This document shows, piece by piece, positions 20,922 to 31,046 of a DNA stretch of 64,000 nt. Each line of letters starts with the position of its first letter. The first letter of the stretch is position 1. The position numbers and the translations under genes were made by a program. The stretch lies in the NCBI GenBank assembly GCA_009861545.1, contig VXME01000025.1, positions 2,346-66,345 on the forward strand. The letters are read 5' to 3'. The stretch is from Acidobacteriota bacterium. Lineage in GTDB: Bacteria; Acidobacteriota; Vicinamibacteria; Vicinamibacterales; UBA8438. The notes below the pieces were generated by a model. It did no database searches. It was not told the DNA's origin and saw only the letters and a list, made by a program, of their open reading frames with translations.

Positions 20922-21092
20922 CTTCCCCGTCTGCCGCGGCGCGTGCAGCACGAAGTACTTCTCGTCCCCGACGAGCGCGAGCACCTGCTCCGGATCGAGC
21001 CGGTCCAGCGGTGGAATGCAGTAGTGCCGGTCGGGCTTGACGGGGCCGGTCGTGGTGAAGAAGCGCCTGCTGTTCCCGGCCCCGGACGCCAT
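20922..21092 (-). pseudogene. N-terminal fragment of a predicted AAA-ATPase family protein
   Basis: 'MASGAGNSRRFFTTTGPVKPDRHYCIPPLDRLDPEQVLALVGDEKYFVLHAPRQTGK' is the recognisable N-terminus including Walker A. Similarity stops right after 'GK' and the frame runs into the 3' end of the OMP gene. Confidence 0.5.
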
Positions 21093-21144
21093 CGTGCGGC
21101 AAGCGTACTGCAGTACGCGAGACAACCTATACTGCCGACCGTCG

Positions 21145-22593
21145 ATGCGACCGCCCTCCGGCAAGCCTCGCTACCGGTTCTCCGGTCACGTCCTCTCCCC
21201 CGCCCGCAGGACGCTCGTCCGCGACGGCAGGGAGCTGCCGCTCATCCCGCGCTGCTTCGACCTACTCGTATTGCTTATCGAGCGGCGGAACGAGGCAGTG
21301 TCCAGGCGCGAGCTCCTCGACGCGGTCTGGAGCGACGTCGTGGTCACCGACGGGGCCCTGAGCCAGGCGGTCCGGATCCTCCGACGCACGCTGAGCGACG
21401 ATCCGCGCGAGCCGACCTTCATCCGCACGGTGCAGCGGCACGGGTACCGCTTCGTCTGCACCGACGTCGTCGAAGAGCCGGACGCGGGACAGCCGGAGCC
21501 CATGCGGGCCGCGGCGATGGAGCTGACCGCGAACGCCCGGGAACCGGCGCCAGCCGCTCCTCCGCCAGAAAACGTGCGGACCGCCGCGGCGGAGCCCGCT
21601 GCGAACGCCTCTTTCGACCAGGCTCTCGAGACGTTGCTCGAGGACGATGCCGGCGACGCCGAGACAGCGGATGTCCGGCGGCGGCAGGCCGCCGAGATCC
21701 TGCACCAGATGGGCACGGCGAAAGCGCTCCACCGGCTGGACCGTAGAGCGGGACATGCCGTGGCCCGCGCCTACTTGCGCGACACCCGCTGGGACGTCCC
21801 CGGTGCGGGACCGGTTCCGCTGCTCGGACACCCGGGGTGGCTTGCGGCCGGGAAGATTCTGTTCCTGCTTCGTATCCGGCGCGCGGCCCGACTGGCCGGG
21901 CGCAGGTGGCTGGCCGCGGCCGCCGGTGGAGCGGCCGCCGGGGCGATTGCCGGTCTCCTCGGCGGCTTCGTCCTCCGCTTCGGACCCGGATCGACGGCGG
22001 GCGATGGCGTGCTGGCAATGCTGCCGCTGCTCGGCACGGCGGTCGGCGGTCTCGCCGCGGCGGGGATCGGGGCCGGTCTGGCCGCCGCGGAAGCCGCCTT
22101 TCGCGCGCGGCGCTGGCTGGCGCTCGCCGTGGCCGGGGCGTCGAGCGGCCTGGCGATCGGCGCGACCGCTCACTTCCTGGGACGCCTCGTGCTCGAAAGT
22201 CTGTTCGGCCGCGATCTCTCGCCGCTGACCGGCGCGCTGGAGGGCCTCGTTCTCGGCGGCGCGGTCGGGCTGGGCTACGGGGTGGCCACGCCGACGGCGG
22301 ACGGCGGCATGGCCACCCCGCAGGGGCTCTCCCGGGTTCGCGTCGCGCTCCTGACGGGGCTCGCCTGTGCCCTGGCCGCCGGGATGCTCGGCTGGAGCGG
22401 CCGCTTCCTCGGTGCGATGAGCCTCGACTTCATGGCGCAGAGCTTCCCCGGCTCGCAGGTAGGCCTGGCGCCTCTCGCCCGCCTGCTCGGCGAGCAGGAG
22501 CCCGGGGTGGTGACCCGGGTCGCGATCAGCGTCTTCGAGGGCCTGATGTTCGGCTCGGGCCTGGCCGCCGGGCTGACCAGGAGGCCCGGTTGA
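21145..22593 (+). CDS. membrane-anchored winged-helix (OmpR/PhoB-type, ToxR/CadC-like) transcriptional regulator
   Basis: 'YRFSGHVLSPARRTLVRDGRELPLIPRCFDLLVLLIERRNEAVSRRELLDAVW...RTVQRHGYRF' is a trans_reg_C-type domain. The C-terminal half is Ala/Gly-rich and multi-TM. Confidence 0.75.
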   Translation: MRPPSGKPRYRFSGHVLSPARRTLVRDGRELPLIPRCFDLLVLLIERRNEAVSRRELLDAVWSDVVVTDGALSQAVRILRRTLSDDPREPTFIRTVQRHGYRFVCTDVVEEPDAGQPEPMRAAAMELTANAREPAPAAPPPENVRTAAAEPAANASFDQALETLLEDDAGDAETADVRRRQAAEILHQMGTAKALHRLDRRAGHAVARAYLRDTRWDVPGAGPVPLLGHPGWLAAGKILFLLRIRRAARLAGRRWLAAAAGGAAAGAIAGLLGGFVLRFGPGSTAGDGVLAMLPLLGTAVGGLAAAGIGAGLAAAEAAFRARRWLALAVAGASSGLAIGATAHFLGRLVLESLFGRDLSPLTGALEGLVLGGAVGLGYGVATPTADGGMATPQGLSRVRVALLTGLACALAAGMLGWSGRFLGAMSLDFMAQSFPGSQVGLAPLARLLGEQEPGVVTRVAISVFEGLMFGSGLAAGLTRRPG

Positions 22594-22808
22594 GCCGCGG
22601 TCGCCTGCGGCTTCGCTCGCCTACCAACCGACCCCGATGGGGGATCCGTACCACGCTATGGCGCAGACTGCGAGACCCGCCTCGGCCGCACTCAGCGGAA
22701 TATCACCGAACCCTCACTTCTCGCTCATGTCTCGGGGCCGGCCTCTCGCCGATACTGCCGCGAACGAATCGGACCGCGGCCCTGCCCGCCAGACAAGGAG
22801 TGAGAACG

Positions 22809-23138
22809 ATGCAACAGGCGCTCAGCGCTCTACAAGACCGGTTGATTCCCGCCGAGGAGATCTTCTTCGCCTGGCTGATGCGGGTATTCGTCGCCGCGAC
22901 TCTCGTCGGGTCGGCATGGATCGACGACGCGCCCCCGCTCGAGATCGGGGCCATGGTCATCGCGCTCTACGTGGCTCTTCGCGTGGCCACGCAGTTCGGT
23001 AACCTGGTCACTGCCGCCCCGTTCGAGAGCCGACCCCTGCGGATGATCTTCGCCGTCGGCGCCCTCATTCTGCTCGGTCTGGCGTTCCTCGTCATCGCCA
23101 CCCTCGTCGAGCGCCTGGCCCTCTCGATCGCCGGCTGA
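22809..23138 (+). CDS. small integral membrane protein, hypothetical
   Basis: AAGGAG lies 8 nt upstream of the ATG. 'MQQALSALQDRLIPAEEIFFAWLMRVFVAATLVG...' has three hydrophobic segments. Confidence 0.5.
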   Translation: MQQALSALQDRLIPAEEIFFAWLMRVFVAATLVGSAWIDDAPPLEIGAMVIALYVALRVATQFGNLVTAAPFESRPLRMIFAVGALILLGLAFLVIATLVERLALSIAG

Positions 23139-23233
23139 AGACCGAACGGGAACGGGTGCGCGCCGGCCGAACGCCTGGTGGCCCGGCCGCGGCGAGCGCC
23201 AGGTAACGACCGTCCAGCGAGAGGCGGCATGAG

Positions 23234-23965
23234 ATGGATCGAGCGATGAACGGCGGCCTGCACGTGGGCCTGATCATGGACGGCAACGGCCGCTGGGCCT
23301 GTGCGCGTGGGCTTCCGCGCACGGAGGGACACCGACGCGGAGCCGACGCCGTGCGGCGCGCGGTGGAAGCGGCGCCCGATCTCGGCATAGCGACGCTGAC
23401 GCTCTACGCCTTCTCCGCCGACAACTGGCGCCGACCGGCCGCCGAGGTGTCGACGCTGATGCGGTTGCTGCAGTCGTTTCTCGTGCGCGAGCGCACGCGC
23501 TGTCGCCGGCACGGCGTGCGGCTGGCGTTGATCGGCCGGCGAGACCGCCTGTCGCCCGCCCTGGTTCGCGCGATCGAGGAGACGGAGCGCGCGACACGCG
23601 ACGGCGCCCGGCTCTACCTCCGGTTGGCGGTGGACTACTCGGCACGTTCCGCGATCCTCGCCGCGGCGGGCACGCTGGGGTCGGACGAGCGCTGCGACGA
23701 AGACGGCTTCCTGCGGCGGGTCAACCGCGCGTGCCACTCCGACCCGGCAACACCGCCGGTCGACCTGGTGATCCGCACGAGCGGCGAGCAGCGCCTGAGC
23801 GACTTCCTGCTGTTCGAGTCGGCGTACGCGGAGCTCCTGTTCATCGACAGGCTGTGGCCGGACTTCGACGGCGAGGACCTGCGCCGGGCGGTCGAGGCGT
23901 TTCGTCGCCGCGAGCGGCGCTACGGGGGCCTGCCCCGCGAAGAGACAACCCGAGCGGCGAGTTGA
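23234..23965 (+). CDS. uppS: isoprenyl transferase (undecaprenyl-diphosphate synthase family)
   Basis: '[13 protein letters not shown]', '[14 protein letters not shown]' and '[25 protein letters not shown]' are canonical cis-prenyltransferase blocks. Confidence 0.9.
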   Translation: MDRAMNGGLHVGLIMDGNGRWACARGLPRTEGHRRGADAVRRAVEAAPDLGIATLTLYAFSADNWRRPAAEVSTLMRLLQSFLVRERTRCRRHGVRLALIGRRDRLSPALVRAIEETERATRDGARLYLRLAVDYSARSAILAAAGTLGSDERCDEDGFLRRVNRACHSDPATPPVDLVIRTSGEQRLSDFLLFESAYAELLFIDRLWPDFDGEDLRRAVEAFRRRERRYGGLPREETTRAAS

Positions 23966-24303
23966 TCTCGGAGCCCCCGGAAATCTCCTGCCACCTCCCC
24001 GCGCCACGTCGTGAAGCGCGTGACCGGCGCCGGCGGCATCGCGGTCGAGGTTTGCGCGGTCGGTGCACGCACGATCAGAAAGTGGCGATCGGGTTGATAG
24101 GCGGATCCGGTACCCCGCGTGGGCAGCGGCGCCGCCGTCAGCAGGAACTCGTAGCGGTTCAGCGACGCGGCCACTTCTCCCACGGCCTCGAGATCGAGGT
24201 TGATTGCAGTACGATGGCGGAACTCCATTCGGCGCGTCCCGCGGAATCGGGGCCACACGCTGCTCCTGCAGGCTCCGGCCGTCCAGATGGAGTTGGCGCG
24301 ACG

Positions 24304-25686
24304 ATGACGGTAGTTCACCCCGCAGTCGCCTACGCACCTGGCGTTGTACCCGAACCGCTGGCTGAGCCAGTCAGGCCGATCCAGTTCCTCCGTTTGCTGC
24401 GCGACAACCAACTGTCCGTGTACACCCGCGACTCCTTCACCACCGACTTCGGCGAAGCACGGCTTCTCTTTCACAACTTTGTTCTCCTCAATGAACCCGA
24501 TTTCATCGAGCACATCCTCGTCACCAACCACCAGAACTACGTCAAAGGGCACCTCGCACGCCAGGTTCTCGAATGGGCTCTGGGCAACAGCCTGCTGATC
24601 AGCGAGGGCGACTTCTGGCGCCGCCAGCGCCGGATCATCGCCCCCGCCTTCCATCACCAGCACCTCGCCCGGGCAGCCCACGTGATGGTGCGTCGCGCCC
24701 GGCAGCGCGTCGAACGCTGGCGCACGCCGTCTGAGCGGGGAGAACGCCTCGACATCGCCCACGAAATGATGTCGCTCACGATGGAGATCGTCGCCGAGGC
24801 GCTGTTCTCCAGCGACATTGCCAACTCGATAGATGAGCTGGGCCGGGCGATGACGACACTCCATGCGTCCCTGGGCACGCCGAATCCGCTCGACATTCTC
24901 GGCTTCCCGGCGTGGTTCCCACGCTGGCGCTCGCATCGCACCCGCTCGGCGCTGGCTCGGCTCGACCGGATGATCTACGGCATCATCGCCGCACGACGCG
25001 CCACCCGGAAGGGTCCCGACGATCTGTTGGGCTTGCTCCTTGTCGCGCGCGACGAGGAGACCGGCGAGGGGATGACGGACCGGCAGCTCCGCGACGAGGT
25101 GCTCACGTTCTTCGCCGCCGGACATGAGACGACGGCGCTGGCCCTGACGTGGACGCTGTACCTGCTGTCGCGACATCCCGGCATCGAACGCGCCCTGCAC
25201 GACGAGGTGGACCGTGCGCCGGGCGAAGGAGAGACGACGTTCGCTGACCTCGAAGCGCTGTCCTATACCCGCATGGTCATCGAGGAGGCGATGCGGTTGT
25301 TTCCGCCGGGCCACTCTTTGAGTCGCGCGGCGATCGCGGACGACGAGGTCGGGGGGCACGCCATTCGCGCCGGCAGCGTGGTGACCATCAGCCCCTACCT
25401 CACGCACCGCAATCCGCGGCTGTGGGAGAATCCGCTGCGCTTCGATCCCGAGCGGTTCACGCCCGATCGGGTCAAGGCACGTCACCGTTTCGCGTACTTT
25501 CCCTTCGGTGGCGGTCCGCGTATCTGCATCGGCAGGGGCTTTGCCATGACAGAGGCGTGCGTGGTGCTCGCCACCATGGCCCGTGCCTATCGCCTGCGCA
25601 TGGCGCCCGGACACCGGGTCGAAGCGCACGGCGGGATTACCCTTCGCCCGCGCTACGGTCTGCGCATGACGCTCGAGCCGCGCTGA
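24304..25686 (+). CDS. cytochrome P450
   Basis: Haem-binding loop 'FPFGGGPRICIGRGFA', 'EEAMRLFPP' (ExxR) and 'AGHETTA' (I-helix). Start moved to 'MTVVHPAVAY'. Confidence 0.9.
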   Translation: MTVVHPAVAYAPGVVPEPLAEPVRPIQFLRLLRDNQLSVYTRDSFTTDFGEARLLFHNFVLLNEPDFIEHILVTNHQNYVKGHLARQVLEWALGNSLLISEGDFWRRQRRIIAPAFHHQHLARAAHVMVRRARQRVERWRTPSERGERLDIAHEMMSLTMEIVAEALFSSDIANSIDELGRAMTTLHASLGTPNPLDILGFPAWFPRWRSHRTRSALARLDRMIYGIIAARRATRKGPDDLLGLLLVARDEETGEGMTDRQLRDEVLTFFAAGHETTALALTWTLYLLSRHPGIERALHDEVDRAPGEGETTFADLEALSYTRMVIEEAMRLFPPGHSLSRAAIADDEVGGHAIRAGSVVTISPYLTHRNPRLWENPLRFDPERFTPDRVKARHRFAYFPFGGGPRICIGRGFAMTEACVVLATMARAYRLRMAPGHRVEAHGGITLRPRYGLRMTLEPR

Positions 25687-25850
25687 CCCGGACTGGCGGT
25701 TGCAGTCCGACCTGCGCTGTTTCGCGACGCCCAGCGCGAAGACGAGGTAGTCACGGCGTGTAGAGACCGCAGCCTCCGCGTAGGCTCGTCGGAAGCACGA
25801 GATCCTGGCGTCGGGTATCCGCTCCGGTCTGCGCCGTTCCGCTCCGGAGT

Positions 25851-26717
25851 TCACAGCGCGAACCGCGCCCTGAACTCCGCGTAGCCTTCCTCGAACGTGC
25901 ACGGATAGCCCTGGAGTGCGTCGGCCATCGTCTCCAGTGACCCGCGGCGGAAGTACAGGTGCGCTCTTCGCAGCAACCCGTCGTCCTTCCGCCCGCGATA
26001 CCGTTCCAACACGCGTCCGGCGAAGTCGTGCCCGTATCCCATCAGTCCATCGAAGTCGAGGGCGGGGTCCCCGATGGAGCGGTCGCTGAAGTCGATGATG
26101 TTGACCTGCTGGCTCTCCGCGCCCCAGAGAATGTGGGCGCCGTCCAGGTCTCCATGGACGAGGCACGTCGGAGGCATCGACTGCGGTTCGGCCGCCAGTT
26201 CGGCGAGGAACTCTACGACGACGCGGGTTTCGCGCGGCGCAAGGCGCGGGAGCACGAGCGTTTCGACGTCACGAACGAGATCTTCGTGGTCCTTCTGCGG
26301 GTCCTGCTCGGACACGCCGCACTCGCGGGCGACCGACTTCGGGGTCTCGTGGACCGCGGTGAGGAACGTGGCGAGCTGTTCCGCTATCCGTTCCCGCTCC
26401 GTGTCGGAGAGGCGGCCGAACGTGGCGACGTCGAGCTCGCGGCCGGCGAGAAGCGGGTAGCCGGCGAACGAGCCATCGGTGGACTCGTAGACGTAGTCGG
26501 GAATGCCGACGTCGATCCTCGGCCGGAGGCGGCGGAGCAGCCTGGCTTCGTTCGCCAGCGCATCCCGGTACGGTTGGGCCTTGGGAGCCCGGAAGACGAG
26601 CGCCTCGTCGAGGATCAGGACCGCATGGTCCCATCCGTGCGTCAGGTACCGGTGCGACGTCCACGTGAGGCCGGGGAACTCCTCCCGTATCCGCCGCAGG
26701 AACCGTCCTTCTTCCAT
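25851..26717 (-). CDS. aminoglycoside/choline-kinase-type phosphotransferase (APH) family protein
   Basis: 'LVHGDLDGAHILW' (HxDxxxxN-like catalytic loop) and 'IIDFSD' (DFG-like). Confidence 0.85.
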   Translation of the reverse strand: MEEGRFLRRIREEFPGLTWTSHRYLTHGWDHAVLILDEALVFRAPKAQPYRDALANEARLLRRLRPRIDVGIPDYVYESTDGSFAGYPLLAGRELDVATFGRLSDTERERIAEQLATFLTAVHETPKSVARECGVSEQDPQKDHEDLVRDVETLVLPRLAPRETRVVVEFLAELAAEPQSMPPTCLVHGDLDGAHILWGAESQQVNIIDFSDRSIGDPALDFDGLMGYGHDFAGRVLERYRGRKDDGLLRRAHLYFRRGSLETMADALQGYPCTFEEGYAEFRARFAL

Positions 26718-26764
26718 ACCCGTCTCTCACCTGCAGCCAGCGCCGGACGGCCGCAAACCACATG

Positions 26765-28546
26765 CTATTCAGGCAGAGCGAACACGAAGAGGTTGTTCCC
26801 CAGGCTCGGGCGCAGCTCCGGCGTCAGCAGCAACAGGCCCATCGCCGTGCCGGCCACGCCGGTGCTCACCGCCACGTACTGCCGGCCGTCGACGGCATAC
26901 GTGATGGGAAACCCGGTGACCGGCGATCCGAGGTTGATCTCCCAGAGCACCTCGCCCGTTTCGTGGTCGTGCGCGCGGAAGCGGCCGTTCGCGTCGCCCC
27001 CGAAGACCAGGCCGCCGCCGGTGGCGACGAGCGACATCGTCATCGCGCGCTGGTCGTGCTGCCAGACGGTCTCGCCGGTCTCGGCCGAGATCGCGCGAAT
27101 CGTGCCGAGCTGGTCGATGCCGGGCGCGAGCTGGTTGCGCACGGCCAGCGAGTACAGCCGCTCACCCACCCCGTCATCCTCGCGTGCCGGCGTCGCCATC
27201 ATCCGCGCACAGGCGTTGCGGAGCGGGAAGTACATCGTGTTCGTCAGCGGACTGTACGTACCCGCCTCCCAGTCCTTGCCGCCGAGCCATGTCGGACAGG
27301 CAAGCACCTCCTGACCGATGCTCGTGAACACGAGCTCCGCGTTCTCGCGCACCGTGCCGGTGGCGCCGTCGATGTCGCTGATCACGTTCTGCGTGATCGT
27401 CGGCGTCGCCCAGAGGAACTCGCCGGTCTCCCGATCGAGGGTGTAGACGACGCCGGTCTTGCCGGGGATCCCGGTCACCACCTTCCGCACTTCCCCCGCC
27501 CGCACGCGGGGATTGATCCAACTGACGGCCATCGGATCCGGCGCCACGGCGGTGTCCAGCAGCAGGCGCTCGAACGGGTGATCGAGGTCCCAGTGGTCGT
27601 TCAGATGCTGGTAGTGCCAGCGAATCTCGCCCGTGGCGCCGTCGAGCGCGAGCGTCGAGTTGTGGTACAGGTGCGTGTTGTCGGTTCCGCCGAGCAGAAA
27701 CTTCGGGGCGGGCGAGGTGACCGACGTCCCGATGTAGACCAGGTCCAGCGCCGGATCGTAGCTGGGCACCATCCACGCGCCGACGTGGGCGCGCCGCTCG
27801 AACGGCACGCCGCCCCACGTCTCGTCGCCCGGCTCGCCGGGGGCCGGGATCGTCCGCCTGCGCCACAGCTCCGCGCCCGTCGCCGCGTCGTGGGCCGTGA
27901 TGACGCAGGCGTCCGGCCCGCCCAGCGGCATGCAACTGCGGCCCGAGAACACCTTGCCGTTGGCGATGATCGGGCCCGAGGTCTGGCTGGCCGGATGCGT
28001 CCGGTAGTCGAGGATCAGCGTCTCCCAGACCGGCTCGCCGGTCGCCGCGTCGAGCGCGAAGACGTGGTCGTCGGCGCTGGTGTCGATGATCAGGTTGCCG
28101 TGGATGGCGATGTTGCGGTTGGTCGCGGAGCCGAAGAGGTAGTCCTCGACGTCGTCGGGGATCTCGCGGCGGTGCTCCCAGAGGAGGTCGCCGGTGACCG
28201 CGTCGATGGCCTGGATGACGTCGCGCGGGTTCGGCATGTACAGCACCCCGTCGTAGGCGAGCGGCGTCCCCTCCTGCGTGCCGGGCTGCAAGGCCCGCGA
28301 CCAGACCATGCGCAGGTCGCCGACGTTCTCCCGCGTGATCTCCTCCAGGGGGCTGTAGCCCCATCCGTCGAGCGTCCTGCGCCACGTCAGCCAGTCCGCC
28401 GGATCGGGGTCCTGCAGCATGGCATCGGTGACCGGGACGAAGCTCTCGTCCTGCGCCCGGCCCGGCGCATCGGCGGCGACGACGAGCGCCGCGCACGCCA
28501 GCAACGAAGAACAGGATCGGGACATCGACGACCGGGGTGCACGCAT
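26765..28546 (-). CDS. PQQ-dependent dehydrogenase (quinoprotein alcohol/glucose dehydrogenase-like beta-propeller)
   Basis: Start moved to 'MRAPRSSMSRSCSSLLACAALVVA' with GGAGGAGGG upstream. 'DPADWLTWRRTLDGWGYSPLEEITRENVGDLRMVWS' is the typical quinoprotein N-terminus, followed by repeated W-containing propeller blades. Confidence 0.85.
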   Translation of the reverse strand: MRAPRSSMSRSCSSLLACAALVVAADAPGRAQDESFVPVTDAMLQDPDPADWLTWRRTLDGWGYSPLEEITRENVGDLRMVWSRALQPGTQEGTPLAYDGVLYMPNPRDVIQAIDAVTGDLLWEHRREIPDDVEDYLFGSATNRNIAIHGNLIIDTSADDHVFALDAATGEPVWETLILDYRTHPASQTSGPIIANGKVFSGRSCMPLGGPDACVITAHDAATGAELWRRRTIPAPGEPGDETWGGVPFERRAHVGAWMVPSYDPALDLVYIGTSVTSPAPKFLLGGTDNTHLYHNSTLALDGATGEIRWHYQHLNDHWDLDHPFERLLLDTAVAPDPMAVSWINPRVRAGEVRKVVTGIPGKTGVVYTLDRETGEFLWATPTITQNVISDIDGATGTVRENAELVFTSIGQEVLACPTWLGGKDWEAGTYSPLTNTMYFPLRNACARMMATPAREDDGVGERLYSLAVRNQLAPGIDQLGTIRAISAETGETVWQHDQRAMTMSLVATGGGLVFGGDANGRFRAHDHETGEVLWEINLGSPVTGFPITYAVDGRQYVAVSTGVAGTAMGLLLLTPELRPSLGNNLFVFALPE

Positions 28547-28683
28547 GATCCCTCCTCCGGGCGCAGCGCCCGCCAGTGCCGCGATTATATGCACGTGGAT
28601 CCCATTGCGGTTTGCCGTATGGACTCCTAGAATGGGGATCTCGATTCCGATTCGAAACCGCGTTCGCACCGAGGAGGCCGGAG

Positions 28684-30129
28684 ATGACGACGACGCGCAA
28701 CCGGCGGCGGACGTTCGCCTGGCAGGTCTTGCTCTCCACGGCGGTCGCGGCGCTCGTCGCGCTGCCGTCCCCGGCGGCCGCGCAGGCCGCGGCCACCGAC
28801 GATGTCACCTTCACCCGCGACATCGCTCCCATTCTGCAGCGGAGCTGTCAGAAGTGCCATCGGCCCAACGCGCTGGCCCCGATGTCGCTGATCGACTATG
28901 AGGAGGTGCGGCCCTGGGCGCGCGCCATCAAGTACCGCACCGGGCTCCGCGACACGCCGGGCGTGATGCCGCCGTGGTACATCGAGAAGGACATCGGCAT
29001 CCAGCAGTTCAAGGACGACCCGTCGCTAAGCGACCACGAGATCGCCCTGATCTCCAGGTGGGCGGACAGCGGCGCCCCGCGGGGCAACCCGGCGGATCTG
29101 CCCCCGCCGGTGCCGTTCATCGACGTGGACGAATGGGAGATCGGGCAGCCCGACCTCATCGTGTCGTCCCCGAGCTTCGAGATCGCGGGCGACGCGCCGG
29201 ACTGGTGGGGCTCCATCGGCGAGGTGCCGACGGGACTGACCGAGGACCGCTACGTCGCCGCGATGGAGTACAAGGAGATCACCGAGCGCAGCGAGGGCGA
29301 GACCCGCGCCACCGTCGGCGGGCTCTTCGTCGTGCACCATGCCACGCTCGGCGTGACCGATCCGGATCCCGATCCGAACGAGGACGACCCGCTGGCCGCG
29401 CAGCGCCGCTGGCCGACCCACGAGGTGGGGCGCAACGCCGACGTCTTCGACCCCGAGGCGGGCAAGATCATGAAGGCGGGATCGAGTCTCCAGTTCAATT
29501 CGATGCATCTGCACGCCAACGGCGCCGACACGCGGGCGCACCTGGAGGTGGGCTTCAGGTTCCATCCCCGCGGCTACCAGCCGACCCGCAAGTGGGTGCG
29601 CATGTCCTTCGGCAACGGCGTCGACCTCGACATCGAGGCGATGGATCCCGACCAGCAGATGGAGTCCTACTTCACCCTGCCGGAGAACACGCTGATCACG
29701 ATCTTCGAGCCCCACATGCACGCGCCCGGCGTGCGGATGTGCCTGGACGCCATCTGGGGGCACCACGTGCAGACGCTCAACTGCGCCGGCTACGACCATA
29801 GCTGGGTGCGGGTCTACAACTACGAGGACGACGCGGCGCCGCTGCTGCCCAAGGGCACCATCCTGCGGATGACCGGCTACTTCGACAACTCGCCCGCGAA
29901 CCCCAACGTGCCCGACCCGCGCAACTGGTCGGGAGGGGGGCACCGCTCCGTCGATCAGATGTTCATCAACCTGATGCGCGGCGTCTACATGACCGACGAG
30001 GAGTTCGCGGCCGAGATGGCCAAGCGGCGCGCGAACCTCGGTCTCGCCGACGGCGAGGTCACCATCGGCTGCCCGCTCTGCGGCACGGTCGAGGTGGAGC
30101 CGGCCGACGACGCCGGAGGAGGACAGTGA
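28684..30129 (+). CDS. exported cytochrome c (CxxCH) fused to a PHM/DBH-like copper-monooxygenase-like domain
   Basis: GGAGG SD upstream; Tat/Sec-like N-terminus 'MTTTRNRRRTFAW..'; 'CQKCH' at 28846-28860. His/Met blocks 'VVHHATL', 'MHLHANG', 'FEPHMHAPG' and 'DQMF' occur in the order of the PHM CuH/CuM ligands (inference). Confidence 0.7.
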   Translation: MTTTRNRRRTFAWQVLLSTAVAALVALPSPAAAQAAATDDVTFTRDIAPILQRSCQKCHRPNALAPMSLIDYEEVRPWARAIKYRTGLRDTPGVMPPWYIEKDIGIQQFKDDPSLSDHEIALISRWADSGAPRGNPADLPPPVPFIDVDEWEIGQPDLIVSSPSFEIAGDAPDWWGSIGEVPTGLTEDRYVAAMEYKEITERSEGETRATVGGLFVVHHATLGVTDPDPDPNEDDPLAAQRRWPTHEVGRNADVFDPEAGKIMKAGSSLQFNSMHLHANGADTRAHLEVGFRFHPRGYQPTRKWVRMSFGNGVDLDIEAMDPDQQMESYFTLPENTLITIFEPHMHAPGVRMCLDAIWGHHVQTLNCAGYDHSWVRVYNYEDDAAPLLPKGTILRMTGYFDNSPANPNVPDPRNWSGGGHRSVDQMFINLMRGVYMTDEEFAAEMAKRRANLGLADGEVTIGCPLCGTVEVEPADDAGGGQ

Positions 30130-31046
30130 GAGCGACGGGAGCGCGGCTGCCCCGCCGGCCGCTCGCGCTCGTTCTCCTCGCCGGGCTGCTGGTCGGCCTG
30201 GCCGCGCAGGACGCCGACGCGCAGCGCATGCGGCGGGCGTACGACTTCGGGCAGGAGGTAGTGCCCGCCTACGAAGGGTGGGAGCAGAACGAGGACGGGT
30301 CCTTCAACCTGGTGTTCGGGACGATGAACCGGAACTGGGAGGAGGAGCTCCACATCCCGATCGGCCCCGGGAACAGCATCGAGCCCGGCGGGCCGGACCA
30401 GGGTCAGCCCACCTGGTTCCTGCCGCGGCGCAACCGGTTCCTCTTCCGGATCCGGGTCCCCGCCGACTTCGGCGACCAGGAGCTGGTATGGACGCTCACC
30501 AGCCCCAACGGCGAGACGAAGCGCGCCTACGGGACGCTTCTCCCGGACTACTACATGGACAACAACGTCCGGATGGCGAACAACGGGGCGGGTGTCTCCG
30601 GCGAGCTGTTCAAGAACGTGGGCCCGACGCTCGCGGTGCACGGTGAGAAGACCAGGAGGGTCGAGGCGAACGAGCCGGTCACCCTGACCGCGGTGGCGCA
30701 CGACGAGGACGGCCTGCCTGCGCCGCGGGCGATGCGTCCCGTGGACCCGGGCCGACCGACCAGCTTGACCCCGATCGCGGCGAGGGGCCTGCGGCTCTCG
30801 TGGTTCGTCTACCGCGGGGCGGTTCCGGTGACCTTCGATCCGGTACAGGCCAAGGTCTGGGAGGATACGCGGGCAAACTCCAACTCGCCGTGGGGCGCCG
30901 GTTGGGAAACGCCCGAGCCTCCTCCGGACAACAAGTGGGTGGTGCGGGCGACCTTCAGCGAGCCGGGCACCTATGTGCTGCGGTGCATCGCCCACGACGG
31001 GGGCCTGGGGACCTACGAGGACATCACGTTCGAGGTGACGGAGTGA
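30126..31046 (+). CDS. secreted hypothetical protein (N-terminal domain shared with 32333..32842, plus extra C-terminal beta-rich domain)
   Basis: The GTG overlaps the upstream stop (GTGA). Signal-like 'LALVLLAGLLVGLAAQDADA' and shared block 'EGWEQNEDGSFNLVFG..N.N......PG..DQGQPTWFLPRRNRF'. Confidence 0.6.
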   Translation: MRATGARLPRRPLALVLLAGLLVGLAAQDADAQRMRRAYDFGQEVVPAYEGWEQNEDGSFNLVFGTMNRNWEEELHIPIGPGNSIEPGGPDQGQPTWFLPRRNRFLFRIRVPADFGDQELVWTLTSPNGETKRAYGTLLPDYYMDNNVRMANNGAGVSGELFKNVGPTLAVHGEKTRRVEANEPVTLTAVAHDEDGLPAPRAMRPVDPGRPTSLTPIAARGLRLSWFVYRGAVPVTFDPVQAKVWEDTRANSNSPWGAGWETPEPPPDNKWVVRATFSEPGTYVLRCIAHDGGLGTYEDITFEVTE

